In this document: positions 51,535 to 61,523 of the stretch, one piece after another
Position numbering within the stretch: the stretch's first letter is position 1
How the letters are laid out: each line of letters starts with the position of its first letter
Source of the DNA: Pseudomonadota bacterium
Lineage (GTDB): Bacteria; Pseudomonadota; Gammaproteobacteria; Xanthomonadales; Rhodanobacteraceae
Length of the DNA stretch: 64,000 nucleotides
Assembly (NCBI GenBank): GCA_021805685.1
Contig: JAJZET010000140.1
Span: 1,923 to 65,922, forward strand
Direction of reading: 5' to 3'
Made by a program: the position numbers and the translations under genes
Notes under the pieces: generated by a model
Seen by the model: only the letters and a program-made list of their open reading frames with translations
The model's database searches: none
Told to the model about the DNA's origin: nothing

Positions 51535-53424
51535 ATGCCGTTCCGCTGGTTGCTTCCTCCCCTGCTGCTGCTCGCCGTGCTGCTGCAAGGCTGCACGCTG
51601 AGCCGCGCCCAGATCCGCGAAGCCGGCGCCATCGTCGCCGCCAGCCCCGGGCGCGCGGACACCTGCCACCAGGCCGACCGCTGCGCCCAGCCCTCGCCCT
51701 TGCTGGCCGCCGCGAAGCAGGCGCTGGCCGACTCCACGCCCAGCCACCCGGTCAACACCGTCACCCTGCTGGACGACAGCGAGGCCGCACTGGCGGCGCG
51801 CATCAGCCTGATCCGCGCCGCGCAGCACAGCATCGACGTGCAGACCTACATCTGGGACGAGGACGACATCGGCCAGCTGGTGCTCAACGAGCTGGTACAG
51901 GCGGCGCGGCGCGGGGTGAAGGTGCGCATCCTCGCCGACCAGCTGTTCTCCTTCGACAACCTCGGCCTGCTCGACCGGCTCGCGCGGGTCAGCCCCAACC
52001 TCCAGGTGAAGCTGTACAACCCCACGTTCCAGGACGCGCAGACACCGCCGCTGGAGTTCGCCGCCGGCATCCTGTGCTGCTTCATGAAATTCAACCAGCG
52101 CATGCACAACAAGCTGTTGCTGGTGGACAACACCATCGGCATCACCGGCGGGCGCAACTACCAGAACCGCTACTTCAACTGGGACCCCGACTTCGACTAT
52201 CTCGATCGCGACGTGATGGCGGGCGGCCCGGTGGGCAGGGAGATGGCCGCCAGCTTCGCGCTGTTCTGGCACCACAAGCGCTCGGTGCCGCTGATCCGGC
52301 TGCGCGACGTCAACCGGCGCATCCGCAGCGACAGCGCGCCGCCCGGCTGGCCCGCGCCGCACTACACCGACCCGGCGCGGGTGGCGCGCGTGCAAGCGGA
52401 GGCGGAGGATCCCGACTGGCTCGCCGCCTGGATCGGCGACGACACCCTGCACGTGAGCAAGGTGAACTACTTCAGCGACCTGCCGGCCAAGACCGACGAA
52501 CCGACCCGGCGCAGTGCCCATGAACTCACCGCGCACCTGATGAGCATGGTCGCCAGTGCCAAGCACGAGGTGGTGCTGCAGACGCCCTACCTGGTGATGA
52601 GCAGCCGTGCGCAGTCCATCTTCAAGCGCCTGCACAAGCACAAGCCGCCGCCCGCCATCATCGTCTCCACCAACTCGCTCGCCGCCACCGACGCGTTCGC
52701 GGTCTACGCGCTCTCCTACAAGCACCGCCGCCGCTACCTCACCGAGTACGGTTTCCAGATCCACGAGCTGAAGCCACACGCGGACAGCGCCGAGGAGGCG
52801 TTCGAGGAGGCGAACGAGGCCAGTGACGAAGGCCCTGCCGGACAGCCCATCGCGCCCACGGGGAAGCGGCGGCGCCACTTCCCCGGCAACGAGCGCCGCC
52901 CCGGCCTGTTCGGCAGCCACGGCAGCAGCAACCGTCCGGCGCCGCTGCGCAGCACCGGCCGCCGCTTCAGCCTGCACGCCAAGTCGATGGTGGTGGACGA
53001 CCGCTTCGCCATGGTCGGCTCGCACAATTTCGACCCGCGTTCCGACCACTACAACACCGAGGCCGGCGTGATCGTGCAGGATCCGCGCTTCGCCAGCGAG
53101 GTGCGCGACTCCATCCTCGAGGACACCTTGCCGCAGAACGCCTGGACCATCGCCAAGCGCAAGCCCGGCATCCCCGTGCTGGGCGACCTCAGCCTCGCCA
53201 TCGGCAACCTCTCCTCGCGCCTGCCGCTGTTCGACCTGTGGCCGTTCCGCTACGCCACCAGCTACGAGATCAAGCCCGGCTGCGCGCCGCTCGCCCCCGA
53301 CAACCCGAAGTTCCAGCAGTGCTACACGCCGGTCGGCGACTTCCCCGACGTGGCGCTCTCGCCGAAGCTGATCTACACCCGGCTGATCACCGCGTTCGGC
53401 GCGGGAGTGAAGGGCATCCTGTAA
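51535..53424 (+). CDS. Phospholipase D family lipoprotein (ClsC/YmdC-like)
   Basis: Lipobox LQGC; two HKD motifs HNKLLLVD and HAKSMVVD; GSHNFDPRS. Confidence 0.88.
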   Translation: MPFRWLLPPLLLLAVLLQGCTLSRAQIREAGAIVAASPGRADTCHQADRCAQPSPLLAAAKQALADSTPSHPVNTVTLLDDSEAALAARISLIRAAQHSIDVQTYIWDEDDIGQLVLNELVQAARRGVKVRILADQLFSFDNLGLLDRLARVSPNLQVKLYNPTFQDAQTPPLEFAAGILCCFMKFNQRMHNKLLLVDNTIGITGGRNYQNRYFNWDPDFDYLDRDVMAGGPVGREMAASFALFWHHKRSVPLIRLRDVNRRIRSDSAPPGWPAPHYTDPARVARVQAEAEDPDWLAAWIGDDTLHVSKVNYFSDLPAKTDEPTRRSAHELTAHLMSMVASAKHEVVLQTPYLVMSSRAQSIFKRLHKHKPPPAIIVSTNSLAATDAFAVYALSYKHRRRYLTEYGFQIHELKPHADSAEEAFEEANEASDEGPAGQPIAPTGKRRRHFPGNERRPGLFGSHGSSNRPAPLRSTGRRFSLHAKSMVVDDRFAMVGSHNFDPRSDHYNTEAGVIVQDPRFASEVRDSILEDTLPQNAWTIAKRKPGIPVLGDLSLAIGNLSSRLPLFDLWPFRYATSYEIKPGCAPLAPDNPKFQQCYTPVGDFPDVALSPKLIYTRLITAFGAGVKGIL

Positions 53425-53433
53425 GGCCCATCT

Positions 53434-53466
53434 GCGACCTCCCGGCACCAGGCACCGGGAGGTCGC
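53434..53466. terminator. Hairpin between convergent PLD and btuB
   Basis: GCGACCTCCCGG / CCGGGAGGTCGC 12-bp perfect inverted repeat. Confidence 0.6.
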
Positions 53467-53481
53467 GCACACGCCGGCGCG

Positions 53482-55392
53482 TCAATGCGCGGCGGGGCTG
53501 TAGCGCAGGGTCAGGTACCAGCTTCGGCCGGGTTGGTTGAAGTAGTACACGGTCTCGTAGTGGCGGTCGAAGGCATTCGCCAGCCTGGCCTCGACCTGCC
53601 ACTCCGGCGTGAAGTGCCAGCTCGCGCGAAGCGCCAGCGTGCTGTAGCCGCCGAGGCGGTGCGTGTTGGCGGCATCGTCGTAGCTGTGCCCCGCGGCATA
53701 CCAGGTGGCGCCCAGGCCCAACGCGTCGAAGCGGCGGTCGAGGTCGATGCGCGCCATGCGCTCCGGCCGGCGCGGCAGCAGGTTGCCGCTGTTGGCGTCC
53801 GCGGTGGCGTTGCCGACGTCCTTCGGCTGCTGCAGTGTGAGGTAACCCTGCAGCTGCCAGCCGTCGAGGTTCGCGCCGGCCTGGCCTTCCAGGCCGCGGA
53901 TGCGCGCCTTGCTGACGTTGAACGGTACGTAGTTCTGGCTGGGGTCCAGCAGGATCAGGTCGTCGATCCGGGTCTGGTAGGCGCTCAGGCCCCAGTTCCA
54001 CGCGCCCGACTGCTGCGCCACGCCGATTTCGGCGCTGCGCGACTTCTCCGGCTTGAGGTCGGGGTTGGCCGACGGGATGCCGTAGTAGGGCGGGTAGTAC
54101 AGGTCGTTGAAGGTCGGCGCGTGGAAGGCCGTGCCGTAGCTGGCGTACACGCGCAGGCCATGGTCGAAGTGGTAGCCCCAGGCCGCCGCGCCGGTGTCGT
54201 GGTCGCCGTACTGCTGGTCGTGGTCGCGGCGCGCGGAGAACTGCACCTCGTTGCGACCGAAGCTGCCCTGGTATTGCGCGTAGGCGCCGGTGTCGTTGCG
54301 CCGGCTGGCCAGGTAGCCGGTGCTGCTGTCGACCTGTTCCTGCTGCCAATCCACGCCCACCGTCAGCAACTGGTCCGGGGCCAGCGCGATGTCGTTCTGC
54401 CACGAAGCCTGGTTGCGCCGCGAGTTGGAATAGCCGGTCTGCGCCCACGGGTAGTACGTGCCGTAGTAGGTGCCCTGGTAGTAGGTGGTGGCGAGATCGC
54501 GGCTCTGGCCCGCGTTCAGCGTGACCTTCCATGCCGCGAGCGGCGAGAAGCTCATCCGCGCGCCGGCCACGCGCTGCTCGTTGACGGCGTCGTTGCCGCC
54601 GTATGGGCTGCCGGCGTATTCGACATCGTTCTTGCTGCGCAGCCAGGTGAAGGCCAGCTCGGTGCCGTTGTCCCAGCGATAGCCCGCGTTCGCCGCGCCG
54701 TTCCAGTTGCGGTAGGCGTCGTTGCGGGGATCGTCCACGAAGCAACCGGCCATCGCCTCGGCTGCGCCCATCCTGCACCCCGGGAAGCCGCTGGTGTATT
54801 CGCCGCCTAGGCTGAGGTTGTACCAGGCATGGGCATCACCGCCGGACAGGCCCGCCTCGCTGCCGAACAGGCCGTGGCTGCCGGCGGTCACGCTGAGCGA
54901 CGGTGCGATGCCGCCGCCGGGCTGGCCGTGGCGGGTGAAGATCTGGATCACGCCGCCGATGGCGTCGGCGCCGTACAGGCTGGAGCGCGGACCGCGCACG
55001 ATCTCGATGCGCTCGATCTGCTCCACCGGAATCTGCTCCAGCGAAGCGAGGCCGGCGGTGACCGAGCCGATGCGCACGCCGTCGACCAGCACCAGCGTGT
55101 GGTCGGAGTTGGTGCCGCGCACGAACAGCGAGCTTTGCTGGCCGATGCCGCCGCTCTGCGTGAAGTTGATGCCCGGCAGGCCGGTGAGCAGGTCGATCAG
55201 CGACGCCGGCTGCAGCCGCTGGATATCCGCGCGGGTGATCACCGTGACCGACGACAGCGCGTCGTCGGCGGTGACCGCGGTGCGCGTGGCGGTGACCACC
55301 ACCGGATCCAACGCGCTGGCGCGGTCCTGTTCGGCGGCGTGGGCGGTGGCCAGGCAGCTCAGCAACGCCGCGGCCAACAAAGTCATTTTCAT
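53482..55392 (-). CDS. btuB: TonB-dependent vitamin B12 receptor
   Basis: TonB box DPVVVTATR, plug IERIEIVRGPRSSLYGADAIGGVIQIFT, upstream cobalamin riboswitch. Confidence 0.9.
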   Translation of the reverse strand: MKMTLLAAALLSCLATAHAAEQDRASALDPVVVTATRTAVTADDALSSVTVITRADIQRLQPASLIDLLTGLPGINFTQSGGIGQQSSLFVRGTNSDHTLVLVDGVRIGSVTAGLASLEQIPVEQIERIEIVRGPRSSLYGADAIGGVIQIFTRHGQPGGGIAPSLSVTAGSHGLFGSEAGLSGGDAHAWYNLSLGGEYTSGFPGCRMGAAEAMAGCFVDDPRNDAYRNWNGAANAGYRWDNGTELAFTWLRSKNDVEYAGSPYGGNDAVNEQRVAGARMSFSPLAAWKVTLNAGQSRDLATTYYQGTYYGTYYPWAQTGYSNSRRNQASWQNDIALAPDQLLTVGVDWQQEQVDSSTGYLASRRNDTGAYAQYQGSFGRNEVQFSARRDHDQQYGDHDTGAAAWGYHFDHGLRVYASYGTAFHAPTFNDLYYPPYYGIPSANPDLKPEKSRSAEIGVAQQSGAWNWGLSAYQTRIDDLILLDPSQNYVPFNVSKARIRGLEGQAGANLDGWQLQGYLTLQQPKDVGNATADANSGNLLPRRPERMARIDLDRRFDALGLGATWYAAGHSYDDAANTHRLGGYSTLALRASWHFTPEWQVEARLANAFDRHYETVYYFNQPGRSWYLTLRYSPAAH

Positions 55393-55526
55393 GGTTCGTT
55401 CCTCGTCCGCGCACCCGCGCACGGCATCGTGTTCAATGGACCGGGAACGATGGACAAGGCTCGGAAACAGGCAGGCACGGCAACGCCGGACGCGTCTGTC
55501 CGGCCGCGCCCACCGCGCGCCAGCAG

Positions 55527-55732
55527 TCATGTCCGGGCCGGTCTCCGGGCTCGCGGGCGACGTCGTCTACGACGTCCTGCGCGGCGCCTTCCCGTGCCTG
55601 GGGCACAGTGGCGGATGGCCGTGCATTTGCTCGCTTACCGTTGCGGGGGCAGCGCCGGCCTTGCGGTGTGGAACACCGCGCACCGGCTTCCCGTTTCATC
55701 CCGGAGGCATGGCCGCCGGGACACCTGGACGG
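55527..55732 (-). ncRNA. Cobalamin riboswitch
   Basis: Minus strand: AGGTG...AAACGGGAAGCCGGTG...CCGGCGCTGCCCCCGCAACGGTAA...GCCACTG...CGGGAAGGC...GAGCCCGGAGACCGGCC (B12 box). Confidence 0.93.
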
Positions 55733-55796
55733 CGCGGAGTCTAGCAGGTCGCCGGGTTGGGGCGGCCGTACGCGGGACGCGACCGTGCGGCTCGTC

Positions 55797-56936
55797 TCAC
55801 GCGGAGCGCCCGGCGATCCAGCTACGCTGCACGGTGCAGTCGACATCCATCGCCACCAGGTCGGCGCGATAGCCCACCGCGATGCGGCCGTGGCTGGCGC
55901 CCAGGCCGAGGAAATCGGCGGGGTAGGCGCTGGCCATGCGCACCGCCTCGTCCAGCGGCAGGCCGAGCATGGTCACGCTGTTGCGCACGGCGGCGGCCAT
56001 GTCCAGCGCGGAACCGGCGAGCACGCCGTCCGCGGTCTGGCAGATGCCGTCCTTGACGACGATGGTCTCGCCGTTGAGCACATAGCTGGGATCGTCCGCG
56101 CCCACCGGCGGCATCGCGTCGGTGACCAGCAGCGTCTTGCCGCGCGGCTTGGCGGCAACGGCGCTGCGCAGGCTGGCCGGATGCACGTGATGACCGTCGA
56201 CGATGATGCCGCACCAGCTGCCGGGGTCGTCCAGCGCCGCGCCGACCACGCCGGGCTCGCGGCTGCCCAGCGGCGTCATCGCGTTGAACAGGTGGGTGAA
56301 GCCGCGCACGCCGGCGGCCAGCGCGGCACGGATCGTGGCGTGGTCGGCGGCGGTATGGCCGGCGTTGACGATCACGCCGGCGGCGGCCAGCCGCGCGATG
56401 AGCTCGTGCGGTACCCGCTCGGGCGCCAGCGTCACCAGCCGCACGCCGCGGTGCGGCGCGCACAGCAGGGCGAGCTCCTCTTCGCCCGGCACGTGGAACC
56501 ACTTCGGGTCGTGCACGCCCTTGCGCTCGGGCGCGAGGTACGGGCCTTCCAAGTGCACGCCGAGCAGGCCCGGCACGGCCTCGTCGAAGGCCTGCTCGAC
56601 TGCCGCCAGCGCGGCGCGCAGGGTCTCCGTGCTGTCGCTGATCAGCGTGGGCAGGAAGCCGGTGGTACCGAACCTGCGGTGCGCGGCGCCGATGGCGCGG
56701 ATGGTTTCCACCGTGGGCGCGGCGTTGAACAGGGCACCGCCGCCGCCGTTCACCTGGGTGTCGATGAAGCCCGGCACCAGCAACGCGCCGGCCAGGTCCT
56801 GCGCCTGCGCGGCGCGCACCGCGGCGTGCTCGGGCGGCAGCAGCGCGACGATGCGTTCGCCCTCGACCAGCACGGCGAGATCGTCGCGCCAGCCGTGGGT
56901 GGTGAGGACGCGGGCGTTCGTGAGGGCAATGGTCAT
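55797..56936 (-). CDS. nagA: N-acetylglucosamine-6-phosphate deacetylase
   Basis: PGFIDTQVNG, HLEGP, THLFNAM, DGHHVHP, LVTDAM, LAGS. Confidence 0.95.
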   Translation of the reverse strand: MTIALTNARVLTTHGWRDDLAVLVEGERIVALLPPEHAAVRAAQAQDLAGALLVPGFIDTQVNGGGGALFNAAPTVETIRAIGAAHRRFGTTGFLPTLISDSTETLRAALAAVEQAFDEAVPGLLGVHLEGPYLAPERKGVHDPKWFHVPGEEELALLCAPHRGVRLVTLAPERVPHELIARLAAAGVIVNAGHTAADHATIRAALAAGVRGFTHLFNAMTPLGSREPGVVGAALDDPGSWCGIIVDGHHVHPASLRSAVAAKPRGKTLLVTDAMPPVGADDPSYVLNGETIVVKDGICQTADGVLAGSALDMAAAVRNSVTMLGLPLDEAVRMASAYPADFLGLGASHGRIAVGYRADLVAMDVDCTVQRSWIAGRSA

Positions 56937-57008
56937 GGGCGGCGGCATCGGTGCAAAGAGGAAATGAAGCGTCACGCGGTGATCAGCAAAGCAAAACCGT
57001 TGCTTGAG

Positions 57009-57124
57009 GACTGGAAAGTGCTTCCTGCACTTTCCAGTCTCGCCAAAGCCGGCCGCTGTCCGGCTTTGGCTCCGTTGGCCATCCGCGACGCGGATGGCCA
57101 ACGCGCGACCCCTCCCTGGGCCGC
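57009..57124. repeat. 116-nt four-hairpin structured element, copy A
   Basis: Perfect inverted repeats of 13, 11 and 15 bp plus a 7-bp stem (one mismatch); first three joined by TC linkers. Confidence 0.85.
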
Positions 57125-57138
57125 AGGTTTTCACACGC

Positions 57139-58170
57139 TCACACCGTCTCGGTGACCTTGTTGAGGTGCGGCGGCACGTCGGGATTGAAGCCCCGGCGCA
57201 GCGCCAGCGCGCTGGTGGCGCGGTAGAAGCTCTGGATGGTGAGCAGCGGCGTGCACAGCGCGGGCAAGCCGGCTGCCAGCGGCAGGAAGCCTTCGCCGCG
57301 GCGGCCCGGCGCGGCCACCAGCACCTGCGCGCCACGCTGGCGGAACTCGTCCGCCACCGCCAGCGTGCTGTCCAGCGTGCCGTCGTCCTGGGCGAAGCAC
57401 AGCACCGGGAAGTGCGGGCCGACCAGCGCCATCGGGCCGTGCTTCACCTCGGCGGCGCTGAACGCCTCGGCGTGCAGGCCGCAGGTCTCCTTGAACTTCA
57501 GCGCGGCTTCCAGCGCGGCGGCGAAGCCGAAGCCACGGCCGACCACGAACAGGTTGTGCGCGTCGACCAGGCCGTCGGTCAGCGCCGACCAGTCCGCGTC
57601 CCAGCCCTGGCGCAGCGCATCAGGCAGCGCTTCCAGCGCGGCGACCAGCCTGGCGTCGCCGTGCCAGCGCGCACACAGGTGCAGGATCGCGGCCAGCGCG
57701 GCGAGGTAGCTCTTGGTAGCGGCCACGCTGCGCTCGGGGCCGGCGTGCAGCGGGATCACCGTGTCGGCGATCTCCGCCAGCGGCGAATCCTCCACGTTGA
57801 CCATCGCCACCACGCGCGCGCCGGCGACCTTGGCGGCTTGCGCGTTGCGCACCAGGTCCGGGCTCTTGCCGGACTGCGAGATGGCGACGAACAGCGCGCC
57901 TTCCCACTGCTGCGGCGCCGCGTACACCGAGGTGATCGACGGCGAGGCCGAGGCGGTGACGATACCGAGCTGGGTCTCGAACACGTACTTGGCGTAGGCC
58001 GCGGCATGGTCCGAGCTGCCACGCGCGCAGGTGACGATGAAGCGCGGCGGCTGCGCACGCAGCGCCGCTGCGAGTTCCGTCACCACACGCTCGTTGGCGG
58101 CGAACTGGCGCGCCACCACGTCGGCGGATTCGTGCGCTTCGCGGAACATCAGGGTGTCGCTGGCGTGCAT
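57139..58170 (-). CDS. SIS-domain glucosamine-6-phosphate deaminase (NagB-II/GlmS-C-like)
   Basis: ARGSSDHA, ISQSGKSPD, SVAATKS, EAALKFKE, HGP, PPHLNKVTET. Confidence 0.88.
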   Translation of the reverse strand: MHASDTLMFREAHESADVVARQFAANERVVTELAAALRAQPPRFIVTCARGSSDHAAAYAKYVFETQLGIVTASASPSITSVYAAPQQWEGALFVAISQSGKSPDLVRNAQAAKVAGARVVAMVNVEDSPLAEIADTVIPLHAGPERSVAATKSYLAALAAILHLCARWHGDARLVAALEALPDALRQGWDADWSALTDGLVDAHNLFVVGRGFGFAAALEAALKFKETCGLHAEAFSAAEVKHGPMALVGPHFPVLCFAQDDGTLDSTLAVADEFRQRGAQVLVAAPGRRGEGFLPLAAGLPALCTPLLTIQSFYRATSALALRRGFNPDVPPHLNKVTETV

Positions 58171-58193
58171 GGCTTTCTCGTGTGGGGAGGGGG

Positions 58194-58946
<753 letters not shown>

Positions 58947-59148
58947 GCTCGCAAGATACCAATAGCAAACCATTGGCCGCAAGCGGTCTGGACGTCCATT
59001 TCGTCCAGGGCGCCGAAATGACGCGTCGAAATGAGCATATGAATTCGTATGCAAGGCGGTGCTTGCCGTGGTATCCCACTGGTACTATCGTCGCGGGACG
59101 GGCCGGAACCCCACGGCCTGCCGCTCCCCCCGTATCGAGGTGCATTGC

Positions 59149-60615
59149 GTGACGGCTACTTTCCAGACGGTCGATCCGTTCGACCTGGTGATCTTCGGCG
59201 GCACCGGCGACCTCGCCCTGCGCAAGCTGCTGCCGGCGCTGTTCCACCGCTACGCCGACGGCCAGATTCCCGCCGGCAGCCGCATCGTCGGCGTGGCCCG
59301 CGAACCGCTGGACGACGACGGCTATCGCGCCCAGCTGCGCGAGTCGCTGGCCGGCAAGGGCGCCGAAGCGGCGAAGGTCGATGCCTTCCTGCAGCAGGTG
59401 TTCTACCGGCCGCTGGACGCGCGCAAGGACGAGGGCTGGGACGGGTTCGCCGCGCTGATCGGCGAACAGCCCGGGCACATCCGCGTGTTCTACCTCTCCA
59501 CCTCGCCTGAGCTGTTCGAGGATATCTGCCGCCGGCTCGGCCAGTGCGGCCTCAATGGCGAACGCTCGCGCGTGGTGCTGGAAAAGCCGATCGGCCGCGA
59601 CCTCGCCAGCGCCAACCGCATCAACGACGCGGTGGGCAAGGTGTTCGCCGAGACGCAGACCTACCGCATCGATCACTACCTCGGCAAGGAAACGGTGCAG
59701 AACCTGCTGGCGCTGCGCTTCGGCAATGCGCTGTTCGAACCGCTGTGGAACGCCAGCCACATCGACCACGTACAGATCACCGTGGCCGAGACGTTGGGCC
59801 TGGGCCGCCGCGCCGGCTACTACGACCGCGCCGGCGCGTTGCGCGACATGGTGCAGAACCACTTGCTGCAACTGTTGTGCATGGTGGCGATGGAACCGCC
59901 GGCCTCGCTGGCGCCCGACGCGGTGCGCGACGAAAAGCTCAAGGTGCTGCGCTCGCTCAGGCGCATCGACGACAGCAACGCCAGCCAGTTGACCGTGCGT
60001 GGCCAGTACCGCGCCGGCGTGGCCGAAGGGCAGTCGGTGCCGGGCTACCTCGACGAACTGGAAGGCGCGAAGTCGGACACCGAGACCTTCGTGGCGCTGA
60101 AGGCCGAGATCGAGAACTGGCGCTGGGCCGGCGTGCCGTTCTACCTGCGCACCGGCAAGCGGCTGCCCGAGCGCGTGTCGGAGATCGTGGTGGCGTTCAA
60201 GCCGGTACCGCATTCGATCTTCGGCAGCAGTGCGGGGCCGCTGGCGCAGAACCGCCTGGTGCTGCGCCTGCAGCCCGACGAGGGCGTGAAGCTGTGGCTC
60301 ACCATCAAGGACCCCGGTCCCGGCGGCCTGCGCCTGCGCTACGTGCCGCTGGACATGAGCTTCGCCGAAGCCTTCGGCGTGGCCCAGCCCGACGCCTACG
60401 AGCGCCTGCTGCTCGACGTGGTGCGCGGCAACCCCACCCTGTTCATGCGCCGCGACGAAGTGGAAGCGGCATGGCGTTGGGCCGATCCCATCCTCGCCGC
60501 GTGGGCTGCCGCCAACGAGGCGCCGCGGCCGTACGCCGCGGGCAGCTGGGGCCCGAGCGCGGCGGTAGCGCTGATCGAGCGCGACGGCCGCACCTGGCAC
60601 GAGGACAGCGAGTGA
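59149..60615 (+). CDS. zwf: Glucose-6-phosphate 1-dehydrogenase
   Basis: IFGGTGDLA, EKPIG, RIDHYLGKE, PFYLRTGKR; GTG start after GAGG. Confidence 0.97.
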   Translation: MTATFQTVDPFDLVIFGGTGDLALRKLLPALFHRYADGQIPAGSRIVGVAREPLDDDGYRAQLRESLAGKGAEAAKVDAFLQQVFYRPLDARKDEGWDGFAALIGEQPGHIRVFYLSTSPELFEDICRRLGQCGLNGERSRVVLEKPIGRDLASANRINDAVGKVFAETQTYRIDHYLGKETVQNLLALRFGNALFEPLWNASHIDHVQITVAETLGLGRRAGYYDRAGALRDMVQNHLLQLLCMVAMEPPASLAPDAVRDEKLKVLRSLRRIDDSNASQLTVRGQYRAGVAEGQSVPGYLDELEGAKSDTETFVALKAEIENWRWAGVPFYLRTGKRLPERVSEIVVAFKPVPHSIFGSSAGPLAQNRLVLRLQPDEGVKLWLTIKDPGPGGLRLRYVPLDMSFAEAFGVAQPDAYERLLLDVVRGNPTLFMRRDEVEAAWRWADPILAAWAAANEAPRPYAAGSWGPSAAVALIERDGRTWHEDSE

Positions 60616-60626
60616 GTGCCTGATCC

Positions 60627-61331
60627 ATGCCCAAGCTCACCACGCACGATTTCCCCGACGCCGGCACACAGGCCGAGGCGCTTGCCAGGCGGGTCGCGAT
60701 GCAACTGCGGGAAGGCATCGCGGTACAAGGCCGCGCCACGATCGCGGTGTCCGGCGGCAGCACGCCCAAGGCGTTCTTCGCACGGCTGTCCAACGAAATG
60801 CTGGACTGGTCGGCGGTCACCGTCACGCTGGTCGACGAGCGCTGGGTGCCGGACACGGACGCGCGCTCGAACGCGCGGCTGGTGCAGTCCACCCTGTTGC
60901 AGAACGCCGCAGCGGCCGCGCACTTCGTGCCGCTCTACACCGGCGCCGCCACGCCGGAACAGGGCCTGGCCGAGGCCGAAGCGCGCATCGCCGGCTTGCC
61001 CACGCCGTTCGACGTGGTGGTGCTGGGCATGGGCGACGACGGCCACACCGCCTCGTTCTTCCCCGGCGGCGACCATCTCGCCGAAGCGACCGATCCGCAC
61101 GGCACGGCCAGGGTCTGGCCGATGCGGGCGCCGGGCGCCGGCGAGCCGCGCATCACGCTGAGCCTGCCTGCGCTGCTCGACACGCGTGCGCTGTACCTGC
61201 TGCTGTGCGGCGAGGGCAAGCGCAGCTTGCTGACGAGCGTCGAGCAGGATGCCGCGGTGGCGCAGGGCTATCCGGTTCGCTGCGTGGTGCAGCAGGACGC
61301 CGTGCCGTTGGATGTTTATTGGAGTCCTTAG
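60627..61331 (+). CDS. pgl: 6-phosphogluconolactonase
   Basis: SGGSTP, DERWV, LGMGDDGHTASFFP, RITLS. Confidence 0.95.
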   Translation: MPKLTTHDFPDAGTQAEALARRVAMQLREGIAVQGRATIAVSGGSTPKAFFARLSNEMLDWSAVTVTLVDERWVPDTDARSNARLVQSTLLQNAAAAAHFVPLYTGAATPEQGLAEAEARIAGLPTPFDVVVLGMGDDGHTASFFPGGDHLAEATDPHGTARVWPMRAPGAGEPRITLSLPALLDTRALYLLLCGEGKRSLLTSVEQDAAVAQGYPVRCVVQQDAVPLDVYWSP

Positions 61332-61379
61332 AAATCCCTGCAGACATGGCGCTTCAGAGCCTAGAGCGCCTTGCCTGAT

Positions 61380-61495
61380 GTCCAGCAAGGGCTCCTGCCC
61401 TTGCTGGACTCGCCCGATCCGAGTCAAGCCCGGATCGGGCTCCGCCGAAGCAGGCGCCGGGCGCCTGCTTCGCGGGCGAGCCATCCCTGGCTCGC
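61380..61495. repeat. 116-nt four-hairpin structured element, copy B
   Basis: Perfect inverted repeats of 13, 10, 13 and 7 bp; TC linkers; same layout as 57009-57124. Confidence 0.85.
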
Positions 61496-61523
61496 TTCCC
61501 TTCCTGATTGTCGGAATCGTGTC

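Noticed and set aside
57009-57124. Possible CRISPR array or tRNA in the multi-hairpin regions
   Set aside because: No repeated direct-repeat/spacer units, no cas genes, and no closing acceptor stem or T-loop/CCA.
61371-61523. N-terminal extensions of edd and nagA reading through the four-hairpin elements
   Set aside because: Open frames are easy by chance in GC-rich DNA, homology begins at 61524 and 56936, and strong hairpins would impede translation. Not strictly excluded.
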